NCBI GenBank assembly: GCA_030647005.1
Contig: JAUSKG010000021.1
Location: 27,105 to 91,104 of the forward strand
DNA length: 64,000 nt
Origin: a bacterium
GTDB lineage: Bacteria > Patescibacteriota > Patescibacteriia > JACPHY01
Reading direction: 5' to 3'
Each line of letters begins with the position of its first letter. Positions within the stretch are counted from its first letter, which is position 1. Under the pieces are notes generated by a model. It was not told the DNA's origin and made no database searches. It saw nothing but the letters and a program-made list of their open reading frames with translations. A program made the translations under genes and the position numbers. This document shows, one piece after another, positions 1 through 11,775 of the stretch.

Positions 1-7
1 GTGCATT

Positions 8-83
8 CGGGCTATAGCTCAGTTGGTAGAGCGCTTGCATGGGGTGCAAGAGGCCGTCGGTTCAAGTCCGGCTAGCCCGACCA
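8..83 (+). tRNA. tRNA-Pro (anticodon GGG), CCA encoded
   Basis: Cloverleaf readable: acceptor cgggcta/tagcccg, D-arm gctcagttggtagagc, anticodon stem cttgc/gcaag with loop atGGGgt, T-arm ggttcaagtccggc; loop identical to E. coli tRNA-Pro(GGG). Confidence 0.9.
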
Positions 84-117
84 AGTTACAACACGAGCGT
101 GTAGCATTTTTTCGTTC

Positions 118-190
118 GTCATTGCGAGGAGTCCCGAGGCAAGCTCGGGATTCCGGCTTGCCTCCATCTCGCAACGTCGGAGTCCGCGCT
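118..190. repeat. Degenerate copy of palindromic 'GTCATTGCGAGG...GGCAATCCCGG' element (family B)
   Basis: tcgtcattgcgaggagtcccgaggcaagctcgggattccgg... matches left arm of the 38704 and 60555 copies; directly downstream of tRNA-Pro. Confidence 0.5.
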
Positions 191-199
191 TCGCGAAGG

Positions 200-355
200 A
201 GGGTAGCTTTGAGCGAAGGAGGAAGTCGAGAAATCTCACTTCCCCCCTTCGTCATTTCGAGCGAGTCCGCGAGTCGAGAAATCTCGTTGAGCAGGAGGAC
301 GTCGCTCGTGCTGTTGGACGAGATCTCTCCACTCGTTCGAGGACTCACTCGGTCG
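200..355. repeat. Family A dispersed repeat cluster (CGTCATTTCGAGCGAGTCCGCGAGTCGAGAAATCTC unit)
   Basis: 36-nt unit present here and, in either orientation, at 36262-36400, 47283-47467 and 47764-47995. Confidence 0.65.
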
Positions 356-468
356 CAATGACGGAGAGGGAGGAGAAGGGGGAAGAGGGGTGTGATGATC
401 CAAAAAGAAGAGACCCGCCAGAGGTCCCCAAGGACATGGCGGGTCAGTTGAAGTGTCGTGCGTGCAGT

Positions 469-750
469 TCACGCCTTGGAGGCGTTCACCGCGGCGATGA
501 TCAGCTCGGCATCTGCGCGCGACGAAGTGCTCGCGACGAGATCGCCAAAGCGATCCAGGACTGCAAAGTCGCCACGACCGAGACCTCGATCACGGAAACC
601 GAGCTCCCATGGACGAGGATGGGCTGTGAAGTAGCCCTTGCGTTCCAGCAAATCGTGTGCTTCTGCGGGCGTCACGTTCCCTTCCGCTTGCATGGCCTCC
701 AGGAGCGGCGGCCTTCGTCTGTCCACGTACGATTCCGGTGCGTCCTGCAT
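469..750 (-). CDS. hypothetical small protein (93 aa)
   Basis: ATG at 750 preceded by strong SD gggaggtg 7 nt upstream on minus strand; compositionally protein-like; overlapping + strand ORFs judged spurious. Confidence 0.5.
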   Translation of the reverse strand: MQDAPESYVDRRRPPLLEAMQAEGNVTPAEAHDLLERKGYFTAHPRPWELGFRDRGLGRGDFAVLDRFGDLVASTSSRADAELIIAAVNASKA

Positions 751-889
751 GGTCCCACCTCCCGATTTCTTACATTTTTCGTGTGTTCCCTGGACTCGCA
801 TCAAGAATAACAGATACGAGCATGAAAGTCAATAGCTGCATTGAGAAGTTGACTATGCGATGGAGAATTCGCTCAGCTCATGCACTCGG

Positions 890-918
890 TTGACACCGCG
901 GTCTGTTTGTGGTATGGT
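890..918 (+). promoter_or_regulatory. sigma70-like promoter (TTGACA-17-TATGGT) upstream of 1002..1859
   Basis: ttgacaccgcggtctgtttgtggtatggt read directly; followed by SD gaaggagg and ATG at 1002. Confidence 0.4.
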
Positions 919-1001
919 GAATAGTGATCTTTGTAAACGGCGGCCGCCTCCTGCGCATGGTGCGTGAGGGTGCGAAAACCAAGACCGAAGGAGGTATTAT
1001 C

Positions 1002-1859
1002 ATGGCGGCATCGCGTTTTGCTGTCGACGGTGATACGTATTGGAAGATCCGTGGAAAGATGTTGGATATTGAGCGACAGGTGCGGCAGAAGGGTGGATGT
1101 CCGCTCAACCCGCGGCAGTTGCTCGGCGCATTGCAGGCGATTGGTGAGGGTCGCTTCGCACAAGATCCCGCCTCCGCCCTCGTCCTCCCCCAGCGCCCCC
1201 CGCTCATCCACGGAATGTTCGCCAATCTGGAAACCCAGATCGCGAACATGCGAAAGTGGAACGAGCGGCGGAGATGGGGATTCACGTCAGCGGACTTTGT
1301 GCTCGGAGACCCGCCCGCATGGCCAGACGACCGTCTCGTCGCCGTAGTGCTGGTACCCTACCTCCCGGACCACAAGGGAGTAACCGGTATCCAGCGCACC
1401 TTCGACGAGCTGTGGGAAGTTACCTCCCGTCGTCAGCCCAATCGGGACCGATGGAGTGAAGTTCGATCCGACCCGCAGCATCTGACGCTGCTGGACGGCA
1501 TTACCCACACCCCCGGCCTCCGCTGGGAGGTCATTGACCTCGGTGCCAACTGGGACAAGCAGAACGGCATTGCTCCCAACACCGTCCGCTCCCCAGCGTC
1601 ATCTCCCCACGCCGGCATCCTCGCCGCCACAGCCCATCATCCCCGGTGGGTGCGGAAGATGGACAGCACCACCGTTCCATTCGTGTGGGCCCCGGGCTAC
1701 CGCTTAGCGGTTCCCGGCCGCGTTCCCCGCGTGCCGATCGTGGGCTGGAGCCGCGACGAGCGGCTGGTGCACCTGCGCGCGCTCTGGGACGACCGCCGGG
1801 TGCCGGACTACGCTGTTCCCCGTTTTCGTTCGCCGTCTCTCGCAGGGAGTGGCACTTAG
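1002..1859 (+). CDS. hypothetical protein (285 aa)
   Basis: ATG with SD aggagg 7 nt upstream; long high-GC ORF; no family recognised. Confidence 0.55.
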   Translation: MAASRFAVDGDTYWKIRGKMLDIERQVRQKGGCPLNPRQLLGALQAIGEGRFAQDPASALVLPQRPPLIHGMFANLETQIANMRKWNERRRWGFTSADFVLGDPPAWPDDRLVAVVLVPYLPDHKGVTGIQRTFDELWEVTSRRQPNRDRWSEVRSDPQHLTLLDGITHTPGLRWEVIDLGANWDKQNGIAPNTVRSPASSPHAGILAATAHHPRWVRKMDSTTVPFVWAPGYRLAVPGRVPRVPIVGWSRDERLVHLRALWDDRRVPDYAVPRFRSPSLAGSGT

Positions 1860-2097
1860 CCCTTGGACTCTCGGGACTCGGAATACCTTGGCTTCTCTGG
1901 CCTTGGTACTTCCGGGTCCCGTTTCTTTTGCTACCATGGTGATGTGGGAGAGTACGCATATACGCTGCTGTCCACGGATAGCAGTCGCGGAAATCCTTTC
2001 GACACCTCGCATGGAGCAGCCAGAGTTCCATCATTGCCCGTGCGTAATGGAAGCGTGCGGAGCGAGGCGGTCGAGCACTCCGTGCGTTCCTTTGGAG

Positions 2098-2145
2098 ACA
2101 GCGGCCGACTCCAATCGCGCCTTCGCGCACTTCGCGTGGTGATCG
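2098..2145 (+). other. Duplicated fragment of rpsG 3' end (encodes ...[12 protein letters not shown] like the true S7 C-terminus at 6298-6343)
   Basis: 41/44 nt identity with 6301-6343 including stop codon; preceding ORF sequence is not S7-like. Confidence 0.6.
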
Positions 2146-2158
2146 CACTCGTTGGCTA

Positions 2159-2956
2159 GTGCCTATGGTCAATCAACAACTGCTTGAGTATATCAAGCAA
2201 TCAATACAACAGGGGGTGAGTCGTGAGCAGATCAAAAGCACGCTTATGGCGAACGGGTGGCAAGCGCAGGACGTTGAAGAAGGATGGAATAACGTTCATG
2301 CTCCCAGCGTGTCGCGTGCGCATTCGGTAGCCCCCATGAGCACATCAAGCAATACACTGAAAGTGATTGTAGGCATTATGACGGGCATCGTTGTTGTAGG
2401 CGGTGGAACGTATGTGGTCAGTCAAACAATTTTTAAGTCAGAAAAAATGTCCGACGTTTCTCCTGTCGTTGCGCAGCAGCTACCAACCGAAACACCTTTC
2501 GCAATACCCATCCCTCCTCCACCATCTGAACCAGCACCAACTCCTCCTCAACCATCTGAACCAATACCCACGCAAGTGACATCGCAAAATCCTGAGGTGG
2601 TCTTTGCTGATGCATTGCGTTCTTGTACAAAGCATCGCATGACATTTGAACACCCCTTTACGGGAGAAATGTTAGAAAAAGAAATTTTGGGATTCATGAA
2701 CGAAACGTGCAATTATACTGAGCAAATGCCGAATGGCGGAAAAATGGAGTGTCAATATTCCGAGAGCGAGAGGATTGCTGTCGCTCAATATTACAGAGAC
2801 GTTGCAATAGCGGAATCTGTTGGTACAAGTTTGCGTGCTGATCTCGGAAGCGGTGAACAGCAAACGACCTATACTATCAATGGCAAGGTGGTTGATAATC
2901 CCCTGCAAGAAGCAATGGATAGCGGTGCTTGCGTGATCTCGGGTTACGAAAGTTAA
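2159..2956 (+). CDS. hypothetical single-pass membrane protein, Pro-rich linker, Cys-containing extracytoplasmic domain; low-GC gene
   Basis: ~45% GC vs ~65% flanks; cytoplasmic N-domain, TM (IVGIMTGIVVVGGG), PPPPSEPAPTPPQPSEP linker; GTG 2159 or ATG 2165. Confidence 0.6.
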   Translation: MPMVNQQLLEYIKQSIQQGVSREQIKSTLMANGWQAQDVEEGWNNVHAPSVSRAHSVAPMSTSSNTLKVIVGIMTGIVVVGGGTYVVSQTIFKSEKMSDVSPVVAQQLPTETPFAIPIPPPPSEPAPTPPQPSEPIPTQVTSQNPEVVFADALRSCTKHRMTFEHPFTGEMLEKEILGFMNETCNYTEQMPNGGKMECQYSESERIAVAQYYRDVAIAESVGTSLRADLGSGEQQTTYTINGKVVDNPLQEAMDSGACVISGYES

Positions 2957-2960
2957 TATC

Positions 2961-3569
2961 TTGCTTATGAGGATTGTGCAAGAGCATCCGTCGGTCATGA
3001 TCCTGAAAGATAGCAATGTCATTGCCTTTGCTGCTGGAACATTTTTTCTTTTGGTCGGCATTATCGTGATTGTTGAACCAGATCTTTTTACAAACCAACC
3101 TCCTTTTTGGTTGGGATTTGTTTTCATGCTTTTTGGTGGCGGTATGGTCGTTGGGGGAAAAATAATTACGGTGTATCTTGATAAATCGGCGAATAAGCTC
3201 ATTTTTGTGCAAAAGGGACTGAGTGGACGTAAGCGCAAGGAGTACGATCTCAGTCAAATAAAAGAAGTAGAATTATCCGTAGCATACAATGCTGCAAGCA
3301 AGAGCAAGGGCGGCGGACATTCTTATCACGTCGCATTTGTATGCAAGAGCGGCGAAATAATCCAGCTCAATCCCGGTCATGCGTCTGTCCGAAGATTCAT
3401 GGGACGACAGATCATTCCAGAAAAAATCCTTGGTGTAAGGATTGCCGCCTTTTTAGGTGTTCCATTTCAAGAAAGACGACCCCCGACCGTGCAGGAGACC
3501 TTATCAGCCGTCACTTCTGCAATACAGAACGTGGCCGAGCAAGAGGTGACACAACGAAAAACGTTGTGA
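2961..3569 (+). CDS. hypothetical membrane protein, two N-terminal TM helices plus possible bacterial PH-like domain; low-GC gene
   Basis: Low GC, tightly linked to 2159..2956 (5-nt gap); hydrophobic segments FAAGTFFLLVGIIVIV and FWLGFVFMLFGGGMVVGG; PH-like call is weak. Confidence 0.55.
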   Translation: MLMRIVQEHPSVMILKDSNVIAFAAGTFFLLVGIIVIVEPDLFTNQPPFWLGFVFMLFGGGMVVGGKIITVYLDKSANKLIFVQKGLSGRKRKEYDLSQIKEVELSVAYNAASKSKGGGHSYHVAFVCKSGEIIQLNPGHASVRRFMGRQIIPEKILGVRIAAFLGVPFQERRPPTVQETLSAVTSAIQNVAEQEVTQRKTL

Positions 3570-3732
3570 TGTTTGATTGACAGCGGCGCGCGGGAAGCTG
3601 GTAGGCATGTCGAGATGTCCTATTGTTTTGCTTCGACATGTTGACGAAAAACGGCGAGCTCGATTACGCTGGAGAGAGGATCGTGCGCTACGGGAAGCGT
3701 AGGCGCGTTTTTCGTTCTTTCACCCGAGACGT

Positions 3733-4323
3733 GTGGAGGATTCCGTGCAAGAGCATGCTGATGGGAAGCGGAAGCGTGTACCGGTACCAATGCGCGTTGG
3801 GAAGATGCTCACCCTCGTGAACGTGACGTACCAGCGAAGCTGGGATGCGGGCGCGGGTGTGTACCAGTCGCGTGCGGTCGTCGTGCTCCACATGGTTGGA
3901 CACGAGGATATGCTCTGTCACGGGATCGGCAGAGCACCTGCGGGGACGATCACCGCCATCGAACTCGCGCTGCGCGATGCGATCAGCAGAGCCAGTGACA
4001 TCGCGGTGCCACCCCCCGAGCTCCTCGCGTTCGAGATTCACGTCGCGTCCGGCAACACCGAGCCGAGTGCTCCGGCGAACGCGACTGCGGAGGTGAGCGT
4101 GGCGGGCTGCAAGCGGCGCGTGCAGATTGACCACCCCGACGGTGCGACCGCTGGCGCACTCCTCCTTTTCGATGTCTACGATCTCCACCTCTTCGAGCGC
4201 TGGAGTACCCTCCTCAAGGGCGCGCACGTCGATCCCCATGAGGTCCTCGAGCGTGTTCGTACGTATCGCAACCGTCCCGTCGCCGGAGATGGGGTGGGGT
4301 TCCCATCCTCCGACCCTCCGTGA
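3733..4323 (+). CDS. hypothetical protein; start uncertain (GTG 3733/3745 with SD ggagga, or ATG 3790)
   Basis: High-GC ORF followed by a clear hairpin terminator; the overlapping minus ORF 3688..4506 is Arg/Ser-rich antisense-like and was rejected. Confidence 0.4.
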   Translation: MEDSVQEHADGKRKRVPVPMRVGKMLTLVNVTYQRSWDAGAGVYQSRAVVVLHMVGHEDMLCHGIGRAPAGTITAIELALRDAISRASDIAVPPPELLAFEIHVASGNTEPSAPANATAEVSVAGCKRRVQIDHPDGATAGALLLFDVYDLHLFERWSTLLKGAHVDPHEVLERVRTYRNRPVAGDGVGFPSSDPP

Positions 4324-4352
4324 TCGCACTCGCGAGCCCCACGAAACGAAAA

Positions 4353-4386
4353 CCGCTCCGATGAACATCGGAGCGGTTCTCTCTTG
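4353..4386. terminator. Bidirectional intrinsic terminator between convergent genes
   Basis: ccgctccgatg-aac-catcggagcgg followed by ttctctctt on + and a T-rich tract on -. Confidence 0.5.
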
Positions 4387-4396
4387 CGCGTTCTTC

Positions 4397-4591
4397 CTAC
4401 GCCTTTGCCTGCGCCTCCGCGAGGTGCTTCGCGCGCGTACGGAGACAGCTCGTGCAGACGCGCGTGCGCACGCCGTCGAGTCGTTTGCGCACGAGGTTGA
4501 TGCCAAACGTTCGTTTCGTCTTGATGTTTGAGTGGCTCACCGTGTGCCCATTCCCGGAACCACGGCGGCAGACCTCGCATCGCTTCGCCAT
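4397..4591 (-). CDS. rpmB: 50S ribosomal protein L28
   Basis: [38 protein letters not shown]...VCTSCLR matches L28 signature (MAKxCxVC ... VCTxCLR). Confidence 0.8.
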   Translation of the reverse strand: MAKRCEVCRRGSGNGHTVSHSNIKTKRTFGINLVRKRLDGVRTRVCTSCLRTRAKHLAEAQAKA

Positions 4592-4675
4592 ACAGGAGGA
4601 GTACCAATATCCAGCTTCCATCTCCAATGGTCCTACGGTATCATACAGGGAAACGTCGTCAAGTCGGACTGCTCT

Positions 4676-5314
4676 ATGCCCATCACCCTTATCTTCAACC
4701 AGCCAGCAGTTGGTCTCGCGTGGGTCGCAGCCATCCTCGTGGCGCTCGCCATCCATGAGTACGCCCACGCGCTCGTGGGATCATGGCTCGGTGACTCCAC
4801 GGCGCGACACGAGGGGCGACTCACGCTCAACCCGCTCGCGCATGTGGACCCCTTTGGGTTCCTCATGCTCCTCCTTGTGGGATTCGGGTGGGGAAAACCC
4901 GTCCCGTTTGATCCGTCGCAGCTGAAGTACCGCACGTGGGGCCCGGCCATCGTTGCGCTCGCCGGCCCCGCGATGAATCTCATCGGGCTCACGACCGCGG
5001 GTATCCTCCTCGGGGTGCTCGATCGCGTCACCGCGCTCCCGCCGAACAACCTCCTCGTGCTCACCCTCGCGTTCGTCTTCCAGATCAACCTCGTCCTCAT
5101 GCTCTTCAACCTTATCCCCATTCCGCCGCTCGATGGGTCAAAGTTGCTCCTCTCCGCGCTCGCGCACCCTCGATACGACCATGCGCGCTTCGTCCTCACG
5201 ACGCGCGGCCCGATCATCCTCCTCGGTATCATTATCCTCGATCGCGCGATGGGTGGTCTCATCTTCGGTCGTCTCTTCCAGGGCGCCATGGAGCGGATCA
5301 TCGGGTTGTTCTAA
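4676..5314 (+). CDS. site-2 protease family (M50) membrane metalloprotease
   Basis: HEYAHAL (HExxH) in TM helix and [10 protein letters not shown] motif; start by first in-frame ATG, possible upstream non-ATG start. Confidence 0.8.
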   Translation: MPITLIFNQPAVGLAWVAAILVALAIHEYAHALVGSWLGDSTARHEGRLTLNPLAHVDPFGFLMLLLVGFGWGKPVPFDPSQLKYRTWGPAIVALAGPAMNLIGLTTAGILLGVLDRVTALPPNNLLVLTLAFVFQINLVLMLFNLIPIPPLDGSKLLLSALAHPRYDHARFVLTTRGPIILLGIIILDRAMGGLIFGRLFQGAMERIIGLF

Positions 5315-5455
5315 TCGCTACCGCAGGGCGCACCCCCTTGTGGGTGACCACGCTTGACGGAGAAAACGGCTGTTGCTACAGTAGTTCCTGAAGGCATGAG
5401 GCACTGCCCTTTGGCGTGCTTCCTTTCATTTGCGGGTACTCCAGAATCCTGCGGT

Positions 5456-5872
5456 ATGCCGACGACGAACCAACTCCTCCGCTACGGACGGAAGGCAAAA
5501 TCGAAAAAATCCAAGGCACCGGCGATGCAGTACGTGTTCAACTCCCTGCGCCGCCTGCGGACCAACCTCCCGAAGGGGAGCCCGTTCAAGCGGGGGGTCT
5601 GCCTGAAGGTGACGACGATGACGCCAAAGAAGCCCAACTCCGCGATCCGCAAGATCGCGCGTGTCCGGTTGTCGAACGGTCAGGAAGTGACGGCGTACAT
5701 TCCGGGCATCGGCCACAATCTTCAGGAGCACTCCATCGTGCTCATTCGTGGTGGCCGCGTGCGTGACCTTCCGGGTGTACGCTACCACATCGTCCGCGGT
5801 GTCTACGACTCCACCGGTGTCGAGAATCGCAAGAATAGCCGGTCACTGTACGGCGTGAAGAAGAGCACGTGA
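5456..5872 (+). CDS. rpsL: 30S ribosomal protein S12
   Basis: [13 protein letters not shown]... PNSAIRK ... conserved S12 sequence. Confidence 0.95.
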   Translation: MPTTNQLLRYGRKAKSKKSKAPAMQYVFNSLRRLRTNLPKGSPFKRGVCLKVTTMTPKKPNSAIRKIARVRLSNGQEVTAYIPGIGHNLQEHSIVLIRGGRVRDLPGVRYHIVRGVYDSTGVENRKNSRSLYGVKKST

Positions 5873-5875
5873 TCT

Positions 5876-6343
5876 ATGCGAGGGAAACAAGCACCACGAC
5901 GCAGCATCACTCCGGATCCGAAGTACGGATCGGTGACGCTTGCGAAGTTCACCAACTACATCATGAAGCGCGGCAAGAAGACCGTTGCGCAGGGGATTGT
6001 GTACGCGGCGTTCGAGGACGTCGCGAAGCGGAGCGAACAGGATCCGCTTGACGTGTTCGCGCGCGCGCTCAAGAACGTCGCACCGGCAATGGAGGTGCGC
6101 TCGAAGCGCGTGGGTGGCGCGAACTACCAGGTGCCCTTCCCCGTACGCGGTGATCGCCGGCAGTCGCTCGCGTTTCGCTGGCTCCTCGGAGCCACGCGGC
6201 AGCGGAAGGGGAAGTCCATGGCGGCACGGCTCGCGGATGAGCTCCTCGCCGCATCGCAGGGCGAGGGTGCTGCCGTGAAGAAGCGCCAGGACGTCCAGCG
6301 CATGGCCGACTCCAACCGCGCTTTCGCACACTTCGCGTGGTGA
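5876..6343 (+). CDS. rpsG: 30S ribosomal protein S7
   Basis: [19 protein letters not shown]... ending [13 protein letters not shown]. Confidence 0.95.
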   Translation: MRGKQAPRRSITPDPKYGSVTLAKFTNYIMKRGKKTVAQGIVYAAFEDVAKRSEQDPLDVFARALKNVAPAMEVRSKRVGGANYQVPFPVRGDRRQSLAFRWLLGATRQRKGKSMAARLADELLAASQGEGAAVKKRQDVQRMADSNRAFAHFAW

Positions 6344-6386
6344 TGACATTCGGTGTTCGCTCCTAGCCCCCTCCTCCCCGTCCCCT

Positions 6387-8474
<2,088 letters not shown>

Positions 8475-8537
8475 GTCAAAAGCGAGCGCGCGGGAGACAC
8501 GCACTTGACGGCCCTTATCCACACCGTATTGTAGACC

Positions 8538-8906
8538 ATGTCAGGACCCACCTCTATGGACCCATCCATGTTCCAGCACCTCTTCGCACTCATCGAGCGC
8601 ACGGGCGACCGGTTGGTTGTCGTAGACCCCGCATCGCGGAAGCCCTATGTGGTCATGGGGCTCGCGCAGTATGAGCAGCTCGTTTCCCCACCATCGCCGA
8701 AGCCGGCTTCGGCGTTCCTCGCGAGCCAGCAGAACTCCGCAAACGAGGATATCGCGGTGTGGCGGGCCATGCAGGAACCGGATGTCGTTGCGCCGGAGGA
8801 GGCGGTAGCGAGCATCCCGATTGGCATGATGGGTAGTTTTGTCCCGGAGCCACTCCAAGCGGCGATCCCGGACGATGACCGCTTCTACGTGGAACCCATC
8901 GAGTGA
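8538..8906 (+). CDS. hypothetical small protein between fusA and tuf; N-terminal part faintly Phd/YefM-antitoxin-like
   Basis: ORF in operon gap; no SD; LVVVDPASRKPYVVMGLAQYEQL pattern; weak call. Confidence 0.35.
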   Translation: MSGPTSMDPSMFQHLFALIERTGDRLVVVDPASRKPYVVMGLAQYEQLVSPPSPKPASAFLASQQNSANEDIAVWRAMQEPDVVAPEEAVASIPIGMMGSFVPEPLQAAIPDDDRFYVEPIE

Positions 8907-9107
8907 GGGGGCTTTGGACAGGGTATCGCTTGGGGAAAATCCCTGGACAGTGCCGGTCCTTGCGCGTTTTTTGGGATGTGCTACGATAGTTTTGACACGC
9001 AATTCTTAAAGGTGGAATCGCTTTTTTTATTGCAACTAAGCCAAGAGTCGGACAGTGGTGTCATCAGCGTCATTGCTGCTGCGCCATGAACGTCACCTAT
9101 TCGAAAT

Positions 9108-10298
9108 ATGGCCGAGAAATTTGAGCGAACAAAGCCACACGTGAACGTCGGAACGATTGGTCACGTGGACCACGGAAAGACAACACTCACCGCAGCGCTC
9201 TTGGCGGTGCTTCGTGCGTCGGGACACCGTGCGTCCGACAAGGGTGTTGATGCGATTGACGTTGCACCCGAAGAGAAGGCGCGCGGGATTACGATCAACA
9301 CGGCACACGTCGAGTACGAGTCCGATGCGCGTCACTACGCGCACATTGATTGTCCCGGACACGCGGACTACGTGAAGAACATGATCACGGGTGCCGCACA
9401 GATGGACGGCGCGATCCTCGTGGTGTCCGCCGCGGATGGTCCCATGCCGCAGACGCGCGAGCACATCCTCCTCGCCCGACAGGTTGGAGTTCCGCAGATC
9501 GTCGTCTTCCTCAACAAGGTAGACCAGGTGGAAGATGCCGAACTCATTGATCTCGTCGAGGAAGAGGTGCGCGACCTCCTCAAGAAGTACGAGTACGACG
9601 GCAATGCCGTCACCATCGTGCGCGGTTCGGCACTCCAGGCGCTCGAAAATCCGACGGATGCAGTGAAGACGAAGCCGATCTTCGATCTCGTTGCAGCACT
9701 CGACACGAAGATTCCGAATCCGGTGCGCGAAGTGGAAAAGCCCTTCCTCATGCCCGTTGAAGACGTCTTCTCCATCGAGGGTCGTGGCACCGTTGCAACG
9801 GGCCGCATCGAGCGCGGACAGGTGCACATCAACGAGGAGGTGGAGCTGATTGGTGTTCGGGCAACGGCGAAGACGGTCGTCACCGGTATCGAGATGTTCA
9901 ACAAGATGCTCGATGAGGGTCTCGCGGGTGACAACGTCGGACTGCTCCTCCGCGGTGTGAAGAAGGAGGACATCGAGCGCGGGCAGGTCATCGCGAAGCC
10001 AGGCAGTGTGACGCCGCACACGGAGTTCGAGGCAGAGGTGTACACGCTCACGAAGGAGGAGGGTGGCCGTCACAAGCCGTTCCTCAAGGGGTACAAGCCA
10101 CAGTTCTACATCCGCACGACGGATGTGACGGGCGAGGTGACGCTGCCCGAGGGGACGGAGATGGTCATGCCGGGTGACACGACGAACCTCAACGTGAAAC
10201 TCCTCGTTCCGGTTGCACTGGAGGAGCGACAGCGCTTTGCGATTCGCGAGGGTGGTCGCACGGTTGGTGCCGGTGTCGTCACGAAGATTCTTGCCTAA
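9108..10298 (+). CDS. tuf: elongation factor Tu
   Basis: [25 protein letters not shown]; 396 aa. Confidence 0.97.
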   Translation: MAEKFERTKPHVNVGTIGHVDHGKTTLTAALLAVLRASGHRASDKGVDAIDVAPEEKARGITINTAHVEYESDARHYAHIDCPGHADYVKNMITGAAQMDGAILVVSAADGPMPQTREHILLARQVGVPQIVVFLNKVDQVEDAELIDLVEEEVRDLLKKYEYDGNAVTIVRGSALQALENPTDAVKTKPIFDLVAALDTKIPNPVREVEKPFLMPVEDVFSIEGRGTVATGRIERGQVHINEEVELIGVRATAKTVVTGIEMFNKMLDEGLAGDNVGLLLRGVKKEDIERGQVIAKPGSVTPHTEFEAEVYTLTKEEGGRHKPFLKGYKPQFYIRTTDVTGEVTLPEGTEMVMPGDTTNLNVKLLVPVALEERQRFAIREGGRTVGAGVVTKILA

Positions 10299-10366
10299 CA
10301 ACGCTGTTCCTCGGTGGGCGCGCAGCGCGCCCACCGCAGGGATGCACACGTACCTTCCTCCCACGC

Positions 10367-10729
10367 ATGCCGAAAGCAAAAGACAAGAAGCAAGCGGCCA
10401 CGACGGCGAGCCCCGAGCGAGAAGAAACATCGCGCATTCGCATCAAGATTCGTGCCTACGATCACAAGATCATTGACGAGTCGGCGAAGACGATCGTGGA
10501 GACCGCGAAGCGCTCCGGTGCGTTGGTGCGCGGGCCTGTGCCGCTGCCGACCGAGCGTCGTCGCTACACGGTGAACCGTTCGCCGTTCAAGCACAAGCGC
10601 GCGCGCGATCAGTACGAGATGCGTATCCACAAGCGCCTGCTCGATATCATGCAGCCAACCCCGAAGACCGTCGAGGCGCTGACGACACTCAACTTGCCGG
10701 CAGGTGTGAATATTGAGGTGAAGATGTAG
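10367..10729 (+). CDS. rpsJ: 30S ribosomal protein S10
   Basis: [40 protein letters not shown]... Confidence 0.95.
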   Translation: MPKAKDKKQAATTASPEREETSRIRIKIRAYDHKIIDESAKTIVETAKRSGALVRGPVPLPTERRRYTVNRSPFKHKRARDQYEMRIHKRLLDIMQPTPKTVEALTTLNLPAGVNIEVKM

Positions 10730-10980
10730 GTGGGAGGAGTGAGTATTCGAGTGTGTGAGTATGCGAGTGGTAGGGAGGTACGCTCCCGACCGTTGGCACG
10801 CTCACATACCGAGTGATCGCGCACGACAGGAGATCGAAGGAAGGATTGAGTGGACCCCGTACGGGCACGCCGCTTGAAAACCGCTTCGATCCATACGTAC
10901 ACGTAGCGTTACCAACTTGCAACGGAGACAAAGACCACGAACAGCACCGCGGAGGAGTTCCCTGTTCGTGATGGAGTCGC

Positions 10981-11037
10981 GCGGGACGGATCCGGAGATA
11001 CTTCGGATCGGTCCCGCGGGCCTCCATCGCGTTTTTT
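10981..11037 (+). promoter_or_regulatory. Strong hairpin (13/14 bp) followed by T6 run in the rpsJ-rplC spacer; candidate attenuator/leader
   Basis: gcgggacggatccg-gagatactt-cggatcggtcccgc then gcctccatcgcgtttttt; an in-frame ATG with SD ggaggag lies at 10971. Confidence 0.4.
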
Positions 11038-11066
11038 CGTTCCACGAAGGCCCGTGGTCGGATCCT

Positions 11067-11684
11067 ATGCAGTTTCTCCTCGCACGAAAACTCGAGATGA
11101 CGCAGCGCTACGACGGTGATCGTTCGGTTCCCACCACGATCCTCGTCGTTTCGCCGTGCACCGTCACGCAGGTGCGGACGGAGAAGAAGGATGGGTACGC
11201 GGCGGTCCAAATCGCATCGGGGGTGCGTCGGCATGTGACGAAGGCGCTCCTCGGTCACTTTGGCGGACTGCACCATCGTACTGCGCGTGAGCTGCGGACG
11301 GTTGGTGTCCCTGATGTCAGCGTTGGCGATGTCATGGGTGTCTCCGTGTTCGCGCCGGGTGATCGGGTGAACGTCGTGGCAACGTCAAAGGGGAAGGGGT
11401 TTGCCGGCGTGGTGAAGCGCCATCATTTCCACGGACACAACGCGACGCATGGAACGAAGGACCAGGTCCGCATGCCGGGGTCAATCGGTGCGGGCGGTGT
11501 CCAGCACGTCTTCCGCGGGAAGCGCATGGCGGGCCGAATGGGTGGGGATCGGATCACGGTGAAGAACCTCGTCGTGGTGGCGGTGGATGCTGAGCGACAG
11601 ACGATCGAGCTCCGGGGCGCTGTGCCTGGCGCGCGCGGAGCACTCGTGGAAATTCGCCCCTACGCGGGGTATTGGAAGAGCTAA
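11067..11684 (+). CDS. rplC: 50S ribosomal protein L3 (start at MQFLL...; an upstream in-frame ATG at 10971 would add 32 aa)
   Basis: L3-like body incl. ...FAPGDRVNVVATSKGKGFAGVVKRHHF... Confidence 0.88.
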   Translation: MQFLLARKLEMTQRYDGDRSVPTTILVVSPCTVTQVRTEKKDGYAAVQIASGVRRHVTKALLGHFGGLHHRTARELRTVGVPDVSVGDVMGVSVFAPGDRVNVVATSKGKGFAGVVKRHHFHGHNATHGTKDQVRMPGSIGAGGVQHVFRGKRMAGRMGGDRITVKNLVVVAVDAERQTIELRGAVPGARGALVEIRPYAGYWKS

Positions 11685-11775
11685 CGCAAGACGTATGCGC
11701 GCGTGCGGATCGTGGGGCCGGAGGGCCGCCTGACGACCGGCATGCGCACAGACGGGAAGCGCGTACAGGAGAGAT

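Noticed and set aside
19-361. ORFs 19..348 (-) and 23..361 (+) overlapping tRNA-Pro and the repeat cluster
   Set aside because: Span a tRNA gene and low-complexity repeats; no start context; artefacts of GC-rich sequence.
1849-2142. ORF ending in S7-like C-terminus, considered as a second rpsG
   Set aside because: Only the last 12 codons resemble S7; upstream translation is unrelated; treated as a duplicated 3' fragment.
3688-4506. 272-aa minus-strand ORF
   Set aside because: Arg/Ser-rich, runs through a clear terminator hairpin and into rpmB; the + strand ORF 3733..4323 is better supported.
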